Program-made: the position numbers and the translations under genes
Notes under the pieces: model-generated
Told to the model about the DNA's origin: nothing
The model's database searches: none
What the model saw: the letters and a program-made list of their open reading frames with translations, nothing else
Source: Botryllus schlosseri
Taxonomy: Eukaryota
DNA: 64,000 nt
NCBI GenBank assembly: GCA_051294905.1
Contig: CM119374.1
Coordinates: forward strand, 22,196,001 to 22,260,000
Direction: 5' to 3'
Shown here: piece by piece, positions 10,789 through 23,609 of the stretch
Layout of the letters: every line of letters begins with the position of its first letter
Numbering within the stretch: the first letter of the stretch is position 1

Positions 10789-13700
10789 ATGCCTTTCGTA
10801 AGATACAAGTTTTCGAGTAGGAAAGAATATAAAACCGTCGCTTTCAACGGTATCGGAATATCTGTCGGGAAGTGTAAACGCGAAATTATGTTATTGGAGA
10901 AGTTAGACTTCCTGAGAGATGATCTGTGTTTGATGGATTCTCAAACCTCCGCTGGTGAGTAGCCTTTTGATAGGGTCTTCAGTCTTCACGTACATTCCTG
11001 TCGCCTTGATGACAACTTGGTTCGTATAAGCAAACGCCATAAACGGTACGCGATCCTTGATTAAATTTTGTTCCTCGTGGCCCATTACGCCAAAGTTAAG
11101 TTCAATACATTTCATGGGTACCTCCACGCGGGACAAACGAAAGCATGTTACAGCTGCATATAAGCAATCGTGATAACAATCCGCTCAAGCAGCACCGAAA
11201 ATTGAAATATTATGAGTTTCAACAGTCGAAGTTCTATCAGCTAGCTATTTCGCAACTAACTAGCGCTACCTTTTAGGTACCCCACGCTTTCATTGAATTA
11301 TCGAATAGCACATCCAACAGAGCCATCCCATTTCGGTACGAACCAGATGATTGACCGTTTATCCCGCCAACCTCCCCGCCATTTTGTTGGCATCCTATAA
11401 TAATTGCGTTGAGGATATGAATAAATCTTATGGTGAAACATATTGCCTCTCTTGTACGAATGATTATCATCCCAATTCTCGCATTTACAGTAAAAGCTTG
11501 TCGGAACAAAGTTTAACGTTTATTCGCCCGTAATCCACAGCCGACTTTTACAAGATGTTTTCTGCCACAATGCATTTCGGATCCAAATAACATGTAGCTT
11601 TTTGTTTTTACAGAGTTCAAAGACGAAGATGAATTGATTAAGCCGAATAGCGCAGTGGTCATCAGGAGAATGCCAAAGACAGTGATCCGGAAACAAAAAA
11701 TATATGTCGTGTAAGGCCAATATCACGAGTTCCTCTTATACATTTTATGCACGTCACGATTGTTTTTTCAGGGAAAAGAAATTCGAAGGACTTGTTGGAC
11801 CCGCAACAAAATCTCGTGATCAGGTACTTATATATCTTATTGACAATTTTAGTAAATCGGTATTCAGATATCTTATTTAACGCATAATAAATATTTCCCT
11901 TTGTATGTTATAGTTATAAATTATCGAAAGAGTCGCGTCAGCTTGCATTAACAGATATCTCAAGTATTTAGTTGGCGATGAGAAACATCATCGATTCTTC
12001 GCGGATTTGAACTTAGGTTAATTCGACTCAATGTAAAATTGTAAGCATTGGTCTTTTTCGTGGAATAATGTTTGACGTGATAATCTCGCGCCATAATTCA
12101 TCATGATCACATCTACATTGCTGAGACGGCTCATTGGAATATGACGAGTTGAGGGTGATTCGATGCAAGTCGTGCTAGACGTTAACTTCACACCGACTTC
12201 AGACTTGCTGATCTGCGGTCGCTGCGGTATTTGTGTAGCTTTACAGTGAACTTATGTATATCATTTCTTTTCATAGCAACATAACGAAGCTGAAAAATCG
12301 CAAGTATCAAGCTCAGATAAATCCGCCACCGAAAGGTTAGTGTCTCGATATGACTGTTAGTCACTTAATTCAGATCTGCACATCACATGAAAGGTGGTTA
12401 TTAGTTGCGTAGATAGCTACGGAAATTGATATAGTCGATATCTAAGATGAAATACCTTACCATCTTTCATGTGATGTGCGGATTTGACCTCGGATATATC
12501 AATCGTTCAGTTATGTAGTGGGAACGTCCTTAATACTGATTCCAACTTATATTCACAGCACCGAAGACAAGAAAACCCGAAAGCGTGAGTTTCTGCCTTA
12601 CGAAGAGGTTGGAAAGGACTGTATGCCGGTTGAATTGCTTTGCCCAATATGCCACCACGTTTTCGTGGACGCCGTGATTATACAATGCTGCGGAAAGAAC
12701 TATTGCCATGAATGTAAGTTTATACATCGGGCTATAACAATAACTTATTACAGCCCAAATACCGTATTATCATAAACAGAATAATTTATTACTGTACTTC
12801 GAACTGTGTGAACATTTTGAAAGAATAATGTGACATCATTTTCAGGTCTTCGAAACGAGCTATTACAGTCGAAAAGCCGACAATCACCCTGCTGCCCTCT
12901 GAAGGAAATATGTCCCGACTCTCTGGTGCCAAACAAAAACTTGCATATGGTAGGTTTTTCAAGCGGAGATAATTCTTCGAAAATATTTAATTTGTGTGAT
13001 TCCTTGTTTTTTAGATCGTCGAAAAATATCGCGCACGAGGTGGCTTGATGCGTAAAGATCGCAAGGACCAGTTACGGGATTTGGTGGTTAGCATCTGCGC
13101 TACCCAACCACCGACCTCCGCACGGGAGAGTACAAAGGCTGCTTACGGTTCGGCCAGAACAAAGACACCCGCCTTAACAACTTTCGTCGGTGGCAAATAC
13201 GTTGTCCAGACGAAGGCAGCCAAGACAGAGTCGGAACGGAAGCCAAGCGTCCCAACGGATTCCAGGTCTGCAGCGCCAAAATACTTCTTCGCCAAATGCA
13301 ATACCGCTGCGAAATCGCCGTACGCCAATTCTGTGCCATCTTCCAAATGCATCTCCCAAAACATTCTAAAGTCAGAAGATATTGTGACTAAGGTTAGCAT
13401 CTACAGTAGAGTTTGATAAAGCGTTTTGAAATATCAGTCGTCATCACTTATTCATTTTGTAATTCTGCAGAACAAACCAATGATGAAGACGAAGGCACAT
13501 TTTGCTGATCAACCTCAACCCGCCCTAACGACGTTCTTCGCTGGCAAATACGTTGTTAAGTCTAAGCCCGCCAAGGCACAACCGGAATTCAAGCCAAACA
13601 TCTCACCGGAATCCAAGCCTTCTGCACCAAAGTCGTTCTTCGCCAGATGCATTGCCGCTGCGAAACCACCTGACACGAATTCCGTGTCTGATCCCGCATG

Positions 13701-15994
13701 CATCTCTCAGCCCATTGTAAAGTCAGAGGTTATTGCGACTGAGGTTTGTATCTAGTGCGCGAAAATGCGTGGTAAAGTGTCATCCTCGCTTATTCATTAC
13801 TTTACTTCTGTAGGATAAACCAATGATATCGACCAAACCATGTGCTGCAAAACCCGCCTCAGCAACGTTCGCCGGAGGCAAATACATTGTGAAGTCGAAG
13901 CCAGCCAAGATAGAACCCGTATCTACGCCAAGTGTCTCGTCGGATTCTAAACCTTCTGCACCAAAGTCCTTCTTCGCCAAATGCATTGCCGATGCGAAGT
14001 CACCTGACACGAATTCTGTGCCTGATTCCGTATGCATCTCTCAGCCCACTGTAAAGTCAGATGATATTGCGCCTGAGGTTTGTATCCAGTGCGCATAAGC
14101 GTCTTGTGAAATATTCGTGTCATATTCGCATATTCATTCATTGTTCTTTCGCAGGATAAACCAATGATCTCGACGAAGTCTAATTGTGCAGCTCAACCAA
14201 AGGCCGGCTCATCGCCAACGAACTCTGTGAATGAAGTTACTGCAGCGGTGTCTGCGATACAATCTGCTGTGAAGTCCGAACCTATTCCCATGCGCGCGCC
14301 GTTCTCGAATATACAATTGCGGCCCGAACAGTGGTCGACAATAGTTGGAGCTTTGTCCACTGTAAGTATCCAATTGTTGTACAATTGTAAAACGTTAAAT
14401 TGTATTATATCTAAGATGACCAATTCTAACGTTGTTGTAGTTGATCACCCGCTATATTCGTGTTTTCTAGTTATAATCCAATCATTTGGATCCGCCCTGC
14501 GCTTGTTCACAGAAGCATCGTAATATAGTAAGGCCTTTTTATCGCAAATCATGTTTTTCAGTGTCTAACGATTGTTTCTATATCGCGGAATAATATCGGA
14601 AATCTGTCAATTTGTGTTTCTTTTCTGGTTTCTAACACTAATACCTTTACCATTACAGGTTGCATCTGCTGCAAAGACTCCATTCGTTAGCCAGTCAAAT
14701 CGCAGTGGTGTACAGCCTCCGCCATCATTTCCTGCAAATGCTCAGGCCAACGGTATGTAAAATGTTTGGCTTTCATTATCTTGTCGTGTCGCGGGGCGAC
14801 AGACCGGATTAAGTATAAAATGCCATCCTTTGCTGCTGCTTTCTGTTGAACATCATATTCGGATTCCTGGCATACCTATTGCGAATCTATAGCTGTCGAA
14901 TATACGCGATGCATTCTAAGTACGCAGCAGCGGTCAGTGGTCATTAGCGAAGTACTTGTACGTTTTTGGAGTACTCAAGTAGGGTTTGCCTGCTTTCATT
15001 ACTTGCTAATGCGGTTATGTTTTACACAACTTCCATTATTACTTGAAAGTGTCTTAGTCAAAGCTACTTACCATTTACAGTTTTGCTTTTGAAATGTTGA
15101 AAATATATATGTTTGCATAACTTACAGGACTGATTTAGTCATAATCACTGGGCGAAATAGCCCCTGTATCACTGTAACTGAATAGATATTTTGGAAATTG
15201 CCCTTATCTGCAATGTTATCAGTGATATTGCATGGGATGCACTTTGTAATTTCTACATCAGTCACCATTAACTGTAAAAAGTATGCGACCCCTCGACAAA
15301 GTCTGTTTTGTAACTACTTTCTTGAGTTCAGTACCATTCACACCTTCCACTTTAGACATAGTTATGACATGCATTGTACATCGCTAATTCTACTTGTCAT
15401 TGTGTAGAAATATACGGCATGACTTGCACTCCTACGTGAGTACCAACTCTGAATACTTTGACCACCTTTGCCGACCTATTGCGAATCGAATTCTCGAATG
15501 TACGCTCCATTCCGTAACTAGGCCTGCATGTCGCTATGCCTTCCAAGTACATGTTACATATGAGGACGATATTTTTTCCAGTCTTCAAAACACGCAGAGG
15601 CACCTTGCGAGAACTGCAGCATCGCGACATCGGCCCTAATAAATTTGATCAACGAAGGTTCGAGCAGGATAGGCTCCAGGAAAACATCCCACCGCCTCCA
15701 CAATTCAGGCGATTCGCAACGTGTGACAGGAGGCCTCACCCCGGGGTGACCAGTCGAAGAGTTCTCGGAGAGCGAGCTATTCCCAACCATCACGCACATT
15801 ACTTGAATACTCGCAGACCTGGTGTTAATCACGGGTATGAAAATGGAGGACAGATGCACGATGGAAGAAGATACTACTCATCAGAGCAACAAAATCAATG
15901 GAGCCGTGAACAAAGATACAATAACCACGGAGTTTACCGACCGTATGGTGGACCGTGTTCCTCTATTGCACATCAGGAAGAATCTCACAGGTAG
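10789..15994 (+). CDS. RBBP6: RBBP6/Mpe1-family protein (DWNN ubiquitin-like domain + RING), divergent; 12 exons, 753 aa by my model
   Basis: Exons 10789-10954, 11614-11710, 11772-11823, 12277-12335, 12559-12713, 12846-12949, 13015-13392, 13471-13743, 13814-14077, 14155-14361, 14659-14752, 15582-15994; all GT-AG, phases consistent, 2262 nt open to TAG. The N-terminus MPFVRYKFSSRKEYKTVAFNGIGISV...EFKDEDELIKPNSAVVIRRMP matches the DWNN domain (MSCVHYKFSSK...EYTDDNALIPKNSSVIVRRIP). ELLCPICHHVFVDAVIIQCCGKNYCHECLRNELL...PDSLVPNKNL matches the RBBP6 RING. Probably a divergent paralog rather than the canonical ortholog. The last exon could alternatively splice onward at AG|GTAGG (15990/15991). Confidence 0.9.
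13150..14200 (+). repeat. Tandem exon+intron duplication (~340-bp unit, three copies plus a partial fourth) inside the RBBP6-like gene
   Basis: Repeated peptide (TF.GGKY.V..K.AK...SKPSAPKSFFAKC.A.AK.P.TNSV....CISQ..VKS) in exons 7, 8 and 9; exons 8-10 start N/DKPM; the 70-78-nt introns between them are also similar. Confidence 0.9.
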
Positions 15995-17389
15995 GCTACT
16001 ACTTGATAAAAAATATTTCTTAGGACTTTCAGAATGTCACGGGGGCCTTTAAACATATGCTCAAGATCATGTTGACCCTGGTGTCTATCACTAGCTATTT
16101 TATTGTCATATTCCATTCGTGCAATGCCGCATGAAAAAACGGTCAAACTTGGTTTATGAGCACGGAATTGCGTTTAAACGACCATGTTGATCACATTGCT
16201 GAATATAGCCCACAATCTAACCACTTTTCGGAACAGCTCTGCCCTTTTTGCCTCAAGAAGTTGTATCATGGAAGCTAACACGACATCGCCTTTATTTTCA
16301 GACCTCCTGCCAAGAAGCCACGAAGAGTATATTAGTTTCCTGATATATTGTACCAGTTGTAGGCTACGGCATTCTAGCTGTGGTCGGAGTTGGAGGAATG
16401 ACATAATCACCGCGTGCTGCTATGCAGCAGCTTCATATGTTCTTCAACCGACACAGCGCTACTGACTGGTTTTTATTGGCCTTGATATTGAAATGTTTTC
16501 AAACACGTGTTATGAATCACATCGGTATTGTATATTTAATTTATATGTTATCTAATCTAATCATGCGGTTCGTATGAAGTTTATGTTTCTAATGTTAATA
16601 TGCGATTAAAACTTTTTTTGCTTCGCTGAATCGCGCGGTAGTAAGGTAATTGCGAGACCATATATGTTTTGGGTTGGATTTTAACGCACCAACCAAGAAT
16701 CTCCAGCCCTGAAATCATGCAATCTGCAGTTTCAATAAGTATTCGTACAGTCTTGCTAATCCTGCGAATCATCGCACGTGTTTTTTTAAATGTAGATCAT
16801 TTGTCAACCCCGCGTGCAGCATGTGTCGTCTTTGTATATGTTCCTCACTTTAATTTTGATCTGAAAGGGGAACGACATATTTCGATTTCAGACACCTGTG
16901 ATTTTTCTATTATTGTAGTGTCAGCGTCTGAACAAAATCACGATAATTTAGGCAACACATTACGGATGACTGCGTTTCGATGCCATACACAAACACACGG
17001 TTTTATATGTGTATTTCAGCAACAATGCTTTTAACGTTATCTCATGTTCGCGTTTGCTCGTTACAATTTTGCTCTAAAACAGGCACAAGTCTTTTCAATT
17101 CGTGTGATTATTTGTGCTTTTCCAATCCGCAAGATAGCAGTCTCACGAGGCAGGCAGGATCGAAACAAAAGCTTATTAATTTTTAACAACTTATTGCGAA
17201 TAATTGTTGTGCCGTGCATCTGTCATCTGTCATCATCGGGACGAGAATTTAAATTTGATCATTGATGCGCCTCGACAATGAACTATCACGATATCTATTG
17301 TAACATTCATCCCGAAGTATTATTCTACTCATGTGAGGTACAGAAGGGGTAAGTAAAACGGTCAATGTTTATACTCGAGAATCACTAGA

Positions 17390-17655
17390 GGCGCAGTTGG
17401 CGAGTGGCGCAGTTGGTTAAACACTGTAGTCGCGACATCGATGGTTGATGGTTCGAGTCTCGGCTCGGCCATGTTTCTATGTGTCGGAGGTTTATCTGGG
17501 CTCCTCATCGCCGATCCCGCTGTAATACAGCGCATTGAAAAGCCCAGACGAAGAGAGAGCCGAGCTAGAGGTAATCCCGTCGATTTCCTGGACTTCAAGT
17601 AGAAGCCGGGATTTTCACGAGGTACAAAACCACTTCAAGTAGAAGTAAACAACAA
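17390..17655 (+). mobile_element. tRNA-derived SINE, family 1
   Basis: Pol III A-box-like TGGCGCAGTTGG and B-box-like GGTTCGAGTCT, followed by a non-tRNA body shared with 49164-49337; CTTCAAGTAGAAG occurs twice near the 3' end. Confidence 0.75.
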
Positions 17656-19290
17656 TAGGTCGGGAAAATTACGCAATTAGTTTAAATAGGTAGCTTTGTA
17701 TGAGGCATCGCTGACTTTTGTTAGCCAATCGCCGGTGTCAGCTTTCAAAATTGCAAGATGGATGACCAAAGATGGCGACACTTCTGGATGCAATTTTCGA
17801 AATTGTATTCTGTTGCCGTCATGTAGCTTCAAATCGACTGGCTTCATGAAAATTTTACTGATAAAAAGGATGCAAATCCGTCCAAATATTACAGTCTACC
17901 AAACAAATCCGAAGTGTAAAATGGAATTAGTTAGACTTCAAACGCTGCTGAGGTATAAGTGGAGGTAATCTAAAATCCAAACCTCCGAGTAAATGAGGAA
18001 ATTAGAGACGAATTCAACTTGAGTGCTACGAAAAAGTAGATATATAGTTAAATTCTTAGCACCGCTATCCTTACGTTCCAATCGTAGTTCGACCCAAGTA
18101 TTGACTCGCCGTGTACAATGCAGCTATACTTGGTCACCAACAAGAGATGTAACGATTTATGCAAAATCATATCAATGTCTATAACAGATAATCTAGAAAT
18201 GATATGCGCAATATACTGGATGTCTTCGCTAGATAGCGTGCACAATATAATCGAATTTGCAAGTTTTCTTGTAATTGCCACGGCCACTTCATCACGAATG
18301 ACCTGGTTGATTCGCCCATAGGATTACATGGAGGCAGTTGATGCGTCGGACGGTTTTTAAGTTAACTCTAGCATTTATGTATAAAAGTGCTACATTGGAT
18401 ATCGAAAAAGGTATACATGTAACATAACAACAACTCAGATTAAATGATAAATCATACAACTTGAAGCGCTGTAAAGTCAGAAATTATGGGCTACCGGAAT
18501 GACCTTGCTTTTTCTCACAATAAAGCAGTAGTAACGTATTGAGTTCGATGCACAATATCCATGATGGAAAAATGGGATTTTCAATGCCAAGGAATAGCAA
18601 TGTATAGCAACAAAAACCTCGTGCCATCCATCGACAAATTTATAGCAACTAATCACCTACAAATTGGATTTTGTGCAGGAATATGTAGGAAATAGGAATG
18701 TGTTTAAACTTTATAAACAATGGTATAGACCAGTGTTTACCAATCTGTGTACTGATTGGACTGCTCAAGGGTACCGGGACAAATGTGGTGACGGTGCAGC
18801 TTCTTATGAAACCAGCATGTTATGACTCGTCATGTTCCAATAGCATGTGATCATTACACAACTTGCGTGATTTCTGTAAAAATTAGGAATTATCTCACAC
18901 GAGCTTGCTCACATTCTTCGAAGTCACGTTATATTAATTGCTTGTATATGGAACTATGTATAAAAACTTCGTGGCATTTCCATCTCGTAGTTGCTTATGA
19001 GTTTATTTAACACGTATGATGTAGGAATGCTGCGTGCTGCTGCAAGGCTTTGCTACTGGTGAACAGGAGTTCGACCTGAACATGAATGTGAACACAGACA
19101 TGTGACATCACGGAATTTTACAAAGGTAACTGCAACACAAATTACTTTTATGCCTTCCTCTCTGGTATCACCGGAGTAATAGCCATTATTCAGAGTAATC
19201 TTAGTGTCACTGATATCACTGTTGACGGTGTGAAATGAATGAAATGTACCATCATTAAGTTATAACAACTTGTCAGTTAAATTTTACGAA

Positions 19291-19526
19291 GAGAGATCAG
19301 ATATATTTTCGCCTGCATCATCAATATGCTTTGAGGACGGAGATGCGATACTACCGTAAGGTCATATGTAGTCTGCACCACCGTTTTCCTCCCCCGTGCT
19401 ATCCGTAGATGCTGAGCGCTTAGCGAGATAGCCGCGGACACCAGTTATCTAATCTTTGGTATCACCCGGTCGTGGATTGAACCCACGACCTGCCGATCAA
19501 GGAGTCAGACGCATCATAATCATACT
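19291..19526 (-). mobile_element. tRNA-derived SINE, family 2
   Basis: Homologous to 59155-59393; minus strand has B-box GGTTCAATCC, then a core ...CCAAAGA...CTCGCTAAGCGCTCAGCAT... and a CT-rich end. Confidence 0.7.
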
Positions 19527-20477
19527 GTCTTGCTCGACCCACACACACCCCGTACTCACACTCAACATTGTTGAGCTTATCATAGAATCTTTTAACCTCA
19601 GGATCAGTCTGGCACGCAGGACCCAAATATTCTTAGCAGTTTCATCAGAAATGACAAACCTGCCAAAGCGATGGAATAAAAGCTTGCATTCTTGCGCACT
19701 TTCAGGCCAAGTATTGGCAGCGATCGAGGCACTTCATGATTTTATTCACTACCGCAATAGTATGTTGTAATATCATGCAAAATTAACGAGAATCAAAATT
19801 ATAAAGGAAATCTGAACAACGGGCATACTTCCACGTAATACAACTATGCATGGCGGGGACAAAGGTTCGGCAGAATAGGGTACACACTATGCTACACACG
19901 AATTGATGACCATTCCGATTGTCCACTATTGAAGTGACTATATGTGTCTTATACCTGGTATGGGTGGAATTTCGGATCTTTTGAGCCACCTCTGAACATT
20001 AACGAATATCAATAACATTTTAAACAGGGTATTTCTTTTAGCCAAATGTAACATATTGGCAGGGTCAGACCAACAACTTCACTAAATTCGTTTTAAGAAC
20101 CACCATATCGCCCAGTCTATATTTATATTGGTGATGAGAGAATCGACAAACCGCAATCGTAATAACATGAATCGACTACTCTAGGAATCCATAAAAAACG
20201 CCATTCTTCCATTCCATGTAATAGAAATTCGAACCCAGGATTCGTCCCACTGCATTACCAGGTCGATTTGGTAAATCAAGTGAACTTATTTATTAGGGAT
20301 GGCGTGAACCGCTGAAAGGTTCAAGTTCATGTGAACACGAACCTTTTTGAAAGGTTCCGTGTGAACGCAAATGTGAACCTCATGACGTCACGTGACGTCA
20401 TATTGCTAATTCCAACCCTACATTTCAGTGAAGTGATATATACACGATACCTATAGCGACCACTCTGGCCACATACA

Positions 20478-21023
20478 TAAATAAAGACACTTTTTCAAAA
20501 TTTTCAGACTTGCAATACCAGAGGAAAATCCTGAAGAAATGGTGAATTTTTCCCACTTTGTGGTTGGTTGACTAAAAAAAGATCAAGTTTTCGGCTCAAC
20601 TACCGAATTACGGTTTTTCTTTCTCATTATCCGTTGGTTGACTAAAAAAAGGTCAGCTCTCCGAATTAGCTCTCGAAATGGCCCTTGGAGCGTTACTTCA
20701 GTGCTAATTTACCGTATCTTAGTCGAATTTTGTCCTATATTTAACCAATATTCTCAAAGAAGAGGACATTTGGGCGTCCTCCGAGGACACTTTCAAAAAC
20801 GTCAAAAAGAGGACAAATCCTCTTAAAAGAGGACGTATGGTAACCAATGTTCCCACTAATTTTTGGCGAGTCTGCTCACACTCACCAACTCACTGCGCAG
20901 ACCCGTGAACAACAGTGCGTAACGACTAAATAAAAGGTCATCGCTTCGGAATTTTTGTGCGCAACTTAGATTTTCTGTGCGCAGAGGCCGTGCCGCTTAG
21001 AGGGAACATTGATGGTAACCCTA
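20478..21023. mobile_element. Truncated element ending in ATGGTAACCCTA (GAGGAC-array family), nested in 20294-22958
   Basis: Its right part (GAGGACA...GGACAAATCCTC...GTATGGTAAC) matches 48410-48657; left terminus not found. Confidence 0.6.
20845..21011. mobile_element. 167-bp hAT-type MITE inserted into the terminal repeat of another element
   Basis: TIRs CAATGTTCCC / GGGAACATTG; exact 8-bp TSD ATGGTAAC (20837-20844, 21012-21019). Confidence 0.9.
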
Positions 21024-21053
21024 CCACTACATCATAATGCTGCAATGTTGAAG

Positions 21054-22176
21054 CAGTGGCGTAGCAGCATGTGCTGGCGCCCATGGCATTTGTTGAAAAT
21101 GCCCCTCTCCCATCCCTAAGTATACCGCAGCAAATTTCGTCATAGTTTCATGTCCAAGCAATCTTTTCAGTAAAAATAATTGAAATAATATGCCGCATTT
21201 CAGATGTTCTGTATTGCTTGCGAAAGAAGCCTCACCGTCTCAGCGTTTATAAGGCCAAAAATAATAAAGACAAGAAATGGTGACCGAATGTATTAGGCAA
21301 ATAAAGAATCAATAGCCGCTCAAAACTGAACTTTTCGGGCTTTCGCAGAAGCGAAATCAGCGATAATATCCTAAAAATCAAATTTTGATCGTGGTCTCTT
21401 TCTATAGAAAGAATGGATATAGCTGATAGCCGATCATCATTCATGGTAGAACGTCATTAAGACGCTAACAGTTTGAGCTTTGTGAAGCTCCTCTCACAGC
21501 TCGCAATTAAAACACCAATGGTCAGACAAAGTTTCAGACACGAGCATAAATACGGTGTCGAATCAAGTAGGTGTGATTTAACTTACCACTGTAAAACATC
21601 AAACGCTGTTTCATTGCGATCAAACGTAGCTTCCCTGCTCCGCACCAGCCTCTTAAATCTGTCCATTTCCGCAGCCAACTCCAATTTAACAATACTGATC
21701 TTAATCGAAAGCTATTGTTGCCCTGATTCCGGAAATACAATTTAAAAGCTGGTCAGGGCAACGGAACCCCCCCCCCCGAAATATCCGTCAAAGTCTGAAA
21801 GTCCGCATTGTTCCGAATAATCGCTCGATAAAATTTCCATTATAAAGGTCAATTGAACATCATGTTGCGACGCTCTGATTCTTGGAGCAATTGGTCTTGA
21901 CGGCCATTTCGGCGTGGTACCATTGCCATGCTCGGTGCCCACATTTTAATTTGTGTTTTCTGAATCAGTGCGACACTAGCTTTCGATTAGGACCAGTTTG
22001 ATTAAATTGTAGCTCTCGGGTCGCCTGCTATATGACTACCAATTACGTTGCTTTTAGCCGGCTGTGTACACTGTGCACTGTGCGTGCAGTATGCATGCAG
22101 CCTCATTTTGCTGCCTCCTTGGAGCCTGCCGCCCCTGGCGCAGAGCCATAACCGCCAAGTGGCTGCTACGACACTG
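21054..22176 (-). mobile_element. Internally deleted hAT transposon with pseudogenised hATC dimerisation domain
   Basis: TIRs CAGTGGCGTAGCAGC / GCTGCTACGACACTG; TSD TGTTGAAG / TGCTGAAG (7/8). Minus strand reads ASCERSFTKLKLLAS**RSTMNDDRLSAISILSIERD, the hAT C-terminal motif with two stops. Confidence 0.88.
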
Positions 22177-23086
22177 TGCTGAAGTACATACTGACTTTTT
22201 AAACGTCGCCAAATGTATCAACTGGAGCAATCAAAAGATATAATAATCCCATAAATTCAATATCTTCCGTCGCTTTGCCAACAATTTCGACGAGGACTTG
22301 CAAGGGAACATAAGCTTACGCCTTAACGGTCTTGGCCAGACCGGACAATATATATTCGGGGCTGAGTGTTGCTACGTTAAAATTGAGCAGAGTGTAATGC
22401 TGGTTTTACCCCTTTAACAGGTTCTACAGCAATAACCAACACCTCAATCGTACGGATTTGGTTTTTATGATACAATAAACATATGAATTGGAGATGGACC
22501 CCGTATGCCTGCTAGACTTTTTACATCAGACAACGATATCAATTTAATTGATTGGTGGAAAAAGCATCATTCGCTGACTACCTACATGTAGTGTATGCCA
22601 CTCCTGATGTTGTGTGATTGCGGGTCAAGCTCACAGCAGATAGTCACTAAATATTCACAAACAGAAAGATGGATATTTCGAACAAACTTTTGTAACAAAG
22701 CAGGTAAAATTTTTGAGATTGTCTAGGTGCATGCTCGTTTAGTGTTGATTTTTCATGCTGCCAGCACCATGCACAGAGTAGCCCGAAGTTGAAAATCAAT
22801 AAATTTCGACCAAAGATGTTATAATGACGTGAAAATTGTACTATGAAAAAGGTTCACAGTGCAGAACCTAGCAGGGTTCGTTTGTGAACGTGAACCTCTA
22901 AATTTCCGAGTTTCGCATACAGAACGCGACCGTGAACCTCGCGTTCACACCATCTCTACTATTTATACCTGATACGTTACAAAATTAATTTTAAATGAGT
23001 GATTACAATCCGTGACCCGGGATCCACAAAGAAACAACGAGATTATTTTGAGAATCATCATTGGAAGTAGGACCTATATCCATTAC

Positions 23087-23609
23087 TAGGGCTGGGCACA
23101 ATGATTCGAGTACTCGAATCTGAATCGAGTATTAATTTCAATGATTCGAGTCGAGTAGTAAAAAACGATTTTTTCGAGTACTGAAATTATACCATTCTAG
23201 CCACTAAAAGTTAATTTATCAACGAGAATTATAGTTTCTATACTAATTTGCACTGTTGAAGCCTTGAAACCTTGATTGGACGTATCGTAGCATACGAAAC
23301 ATAGTACAAAGCTACGAACTTTACTGGAAATAGCACATTTCCGAAGTCATGATCATCCCCCAACATTGTCACCGAGTTCAATGAAATCGGTATGGTCGAA
23401 AAAATACCAAAGTATATAACATGTGATGGATTACATACATTATATTATTTGTGGTCGCATGAAAGATACATATTTGAGCTTCGACATATTACATTCAGTT
23501 ATGACGGCATAATGGGTGAATGGGTGATGTTCGATTACTCGACTCGACTCGAAGCCTATTACGTGATTCAGAATCGAATCACTCAGGTACTCGATTTTTC
23601 CCAGCCCTA
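23087..23609. mobile_element. hAT-type MITE (TCGAGT-array family), copy 1
   Basis: TIRs TAGGGCTGGG / CCCAGCCCTA; exact TSD TCCATTAC (23079-23086, 23610-23617); homologous to 37896-38412. Confidence 0.92.

Larger units (their letters stand above)
20294..22958. mobile_element. hAT-type MITE (GTGAAC-array family) expanded by three nested insertions
   Basis: TIRs TAGGGATGGCGTGAAC / GTTCACACCATCTCTA; TSD TTATTTAT / CTATTTAT (7/8); collinear with the uninterrupted copy at 25794-26803 except for ~20478-22176. Confidence 0.85.

Noticed and set aside
13100-14423. Several minus-strand ORFs over the RBBP6-like repeat exons
   Set aside because: Antisense shadows of the coding repeats; no independent splice sites or homology.
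17400-17470. tRNA gene (also 49164-49240 and 59320-59393)
   Set aside because: A and B boxes are present but I could not fold a proper cloverleaf, and each continues into a shared non-tRNA body found in two copies; these are SINE heads.
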